Origin: Octopus sinensis
Lineage: Eukaryota
Length of the DNA: 64,000 bases
Reading direction: 5' to 3'
Assembly (NCBI RefSeq): GCF_006345805.1
Contig: NC_042998.1
Location: 127,348,001-127,412,000 of the forward strand
Of the stretch, positions 62,588-64,000 are shown in pieces. A model generated the notes under the pieces. That model did not search any database and was not told the DNA's origin. It saw only the letters and a program-made list of their open reading frames with translations. Within the stretch, counting starts at the first letter, position 1. Each line of letters begins with the position of its first letter. The translations under genes and the position numbers were made by a program.

Positions 62588-62649
62588 TATGTGTGTGTGT
62601 GTGTGTGAGTGTGTGTGTATAAGTATGTACATATATGTATGTGTATATG

Positions 62650-62700
62650 CATACTATTATATGATTGAACGCCACGCATCCATTTCCAAGTAAGTTCTAT
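62650..62700 (+). repeat. Family H head motif only
   Basis: tattatatgattgaacgccacgcatccatttccaagtaa. Confidence 0.65.
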
Positions 62701-63430
62701 AGATGTGTGTGTGTATTGTTGTGTCTGAGGTGAGTCATTATCTTTTAGTGCCTTATTATTTAACACACCGGTTTAGTTTACACTCATTTACTTATTTATT
62801 TTTTCTAAAATTTTCACTGCATCTTGCAACCTTTTCAATAGTCGTTGACTCCCGTCCGTTATCTGAGCTGCTTGGTTTTTTGTTTGTCTGTGCGCATGTG
62901 TGTGGGTCAGTATGTGTGCGCATTCACATATGTATGTATTATGTATATGTGTGTGTGTGTATGCATATATATATGTATGTATGTGCGTTTGTATTATTTA
63001 TTCTGCAAATTCACGTTTGTATGTTCGCGTTTGTGTGTTTGTATGTGTGTGTGTTTGCATGTGTGTGTACCTCTGTCTCCTTAGGTGTGCATGTCTGAGT
63101 GTGTTTCTGTATGGGTTTTTGTGACTATGTACTGCATCTGTTATGTATGGATATGTGTCTCCATATGTGAAGCGTGTGTGTGTATATATGGTCACGTGTC
63201 TCAGTCTTCATTTTCGTATGCATATTTGTATGTGTGGTTGACAGTTCATATTACCTATATACCTGTCTCTCCGTATGTATACCTGCTTACATTCATATCC
63301 ATTTACCTACATACATATACATATACGTATATATATCCGTATATATATGCATACATATATACATATACACACACACATACTTACATCTACATACCAGCTC
63401 ACTAACTATTCTACCTGAATGTGTATATGA

Positions 63431-64000
63431 ACTGTGGTATTCTCCGGAGTTCTACAGGATGCTAGAAAGACGTTAGATAACATTATATATAATGAAACCA
63501 GTGGCACCTGCCCTAGATATAGTAGTAAAGACTGGAATAGAATACAAAGATTTTGTGACAACGTAAACCGGATGAAAACGTGGTACAAGACCAACAAATA
63601 TCAAGAAGTTGTAGACCATGGAGAACTAGCCCGTAAATTTAGGAAAACTCTGAAGGAGACCAAACTCGACATTAAGATCGTTGAAAAGCCAGGCAGCTCC
63701 ATCATATCACAACTATGTAGGAGGTACCCCTTTGAGAATGCCATATGCAGCAATGATAACAGCATGGTATGTAGGATTAAACCTGGCATTAACTGTAGAA
63801 CTAGAAATGTAATCTGCAGCATGAGGTGCATAGAAGGTACTTGTAAAGACAAGAACATGATATACATAGGTGAAACATCTAGGAGCATTGCGGAAAGACT
63901 AAATGGTCATTTGAGCCATTATAACGACAAAATACAGTCCTCCATACTCTACACGCATGCCAAAGACCAACACGGAAGTAACCTGGGTCATCTTGATATC
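63431..64000 (+). CDS. PLE C-terminal ORF (GIY-YIG), running off the window end
   Basis: Manual translation: CPRYSSKDWN..WYK..GELARKF..KIVEKPG..CRTRNVICSMRC..MIYIGETSRSIAERLNGH. Confidence 0.85.

Overview
AT-rich, microsatellite-dense eukaryotic DNA made almost entirely of transposable-element debris. The SINE families and repeat landscape look like an octopus (coleoid cephalopod) genome; this is inferred from recall, not a database hit. No host protein-coding gene can be supported. Recognisable elements: four Penelope-like element (PLE) coding fragments (RT and/or GIY-YIG), a near full-length frameshifted Dong/R4 non-LTR element inside a (TAA)n tract, RTE/BovB-type and HERO-type LINE fragments, a ~6 kb Academ (XPG-type) DNA transposon with ~590 bp TIRs, pogo and mariner relics, two non-autonomous Helitrons and many tRNA-derived SINEs. 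The main observation is a dense set of hammerhead ribozyme (HHR) motifs, all folded by eye. Four canonical type I cores look intact (16682+, 20827-, 23025+, 59529-) and several more are degenerate. Three motifs (7478+, 20668+, 59003+) have the three HHR strands in a swapped, non-circularly permuted order: [III-UH-I],[II-GAAA-III],[I-CUGAUGA-II]. Two of these sit in one ~620-730 bp non-coding repeat family with shared termini beside TA-rich DNA; the third is in the 3' end of a HERO LINE. None of the ribozyme calls has been tested computationally or biochemically.
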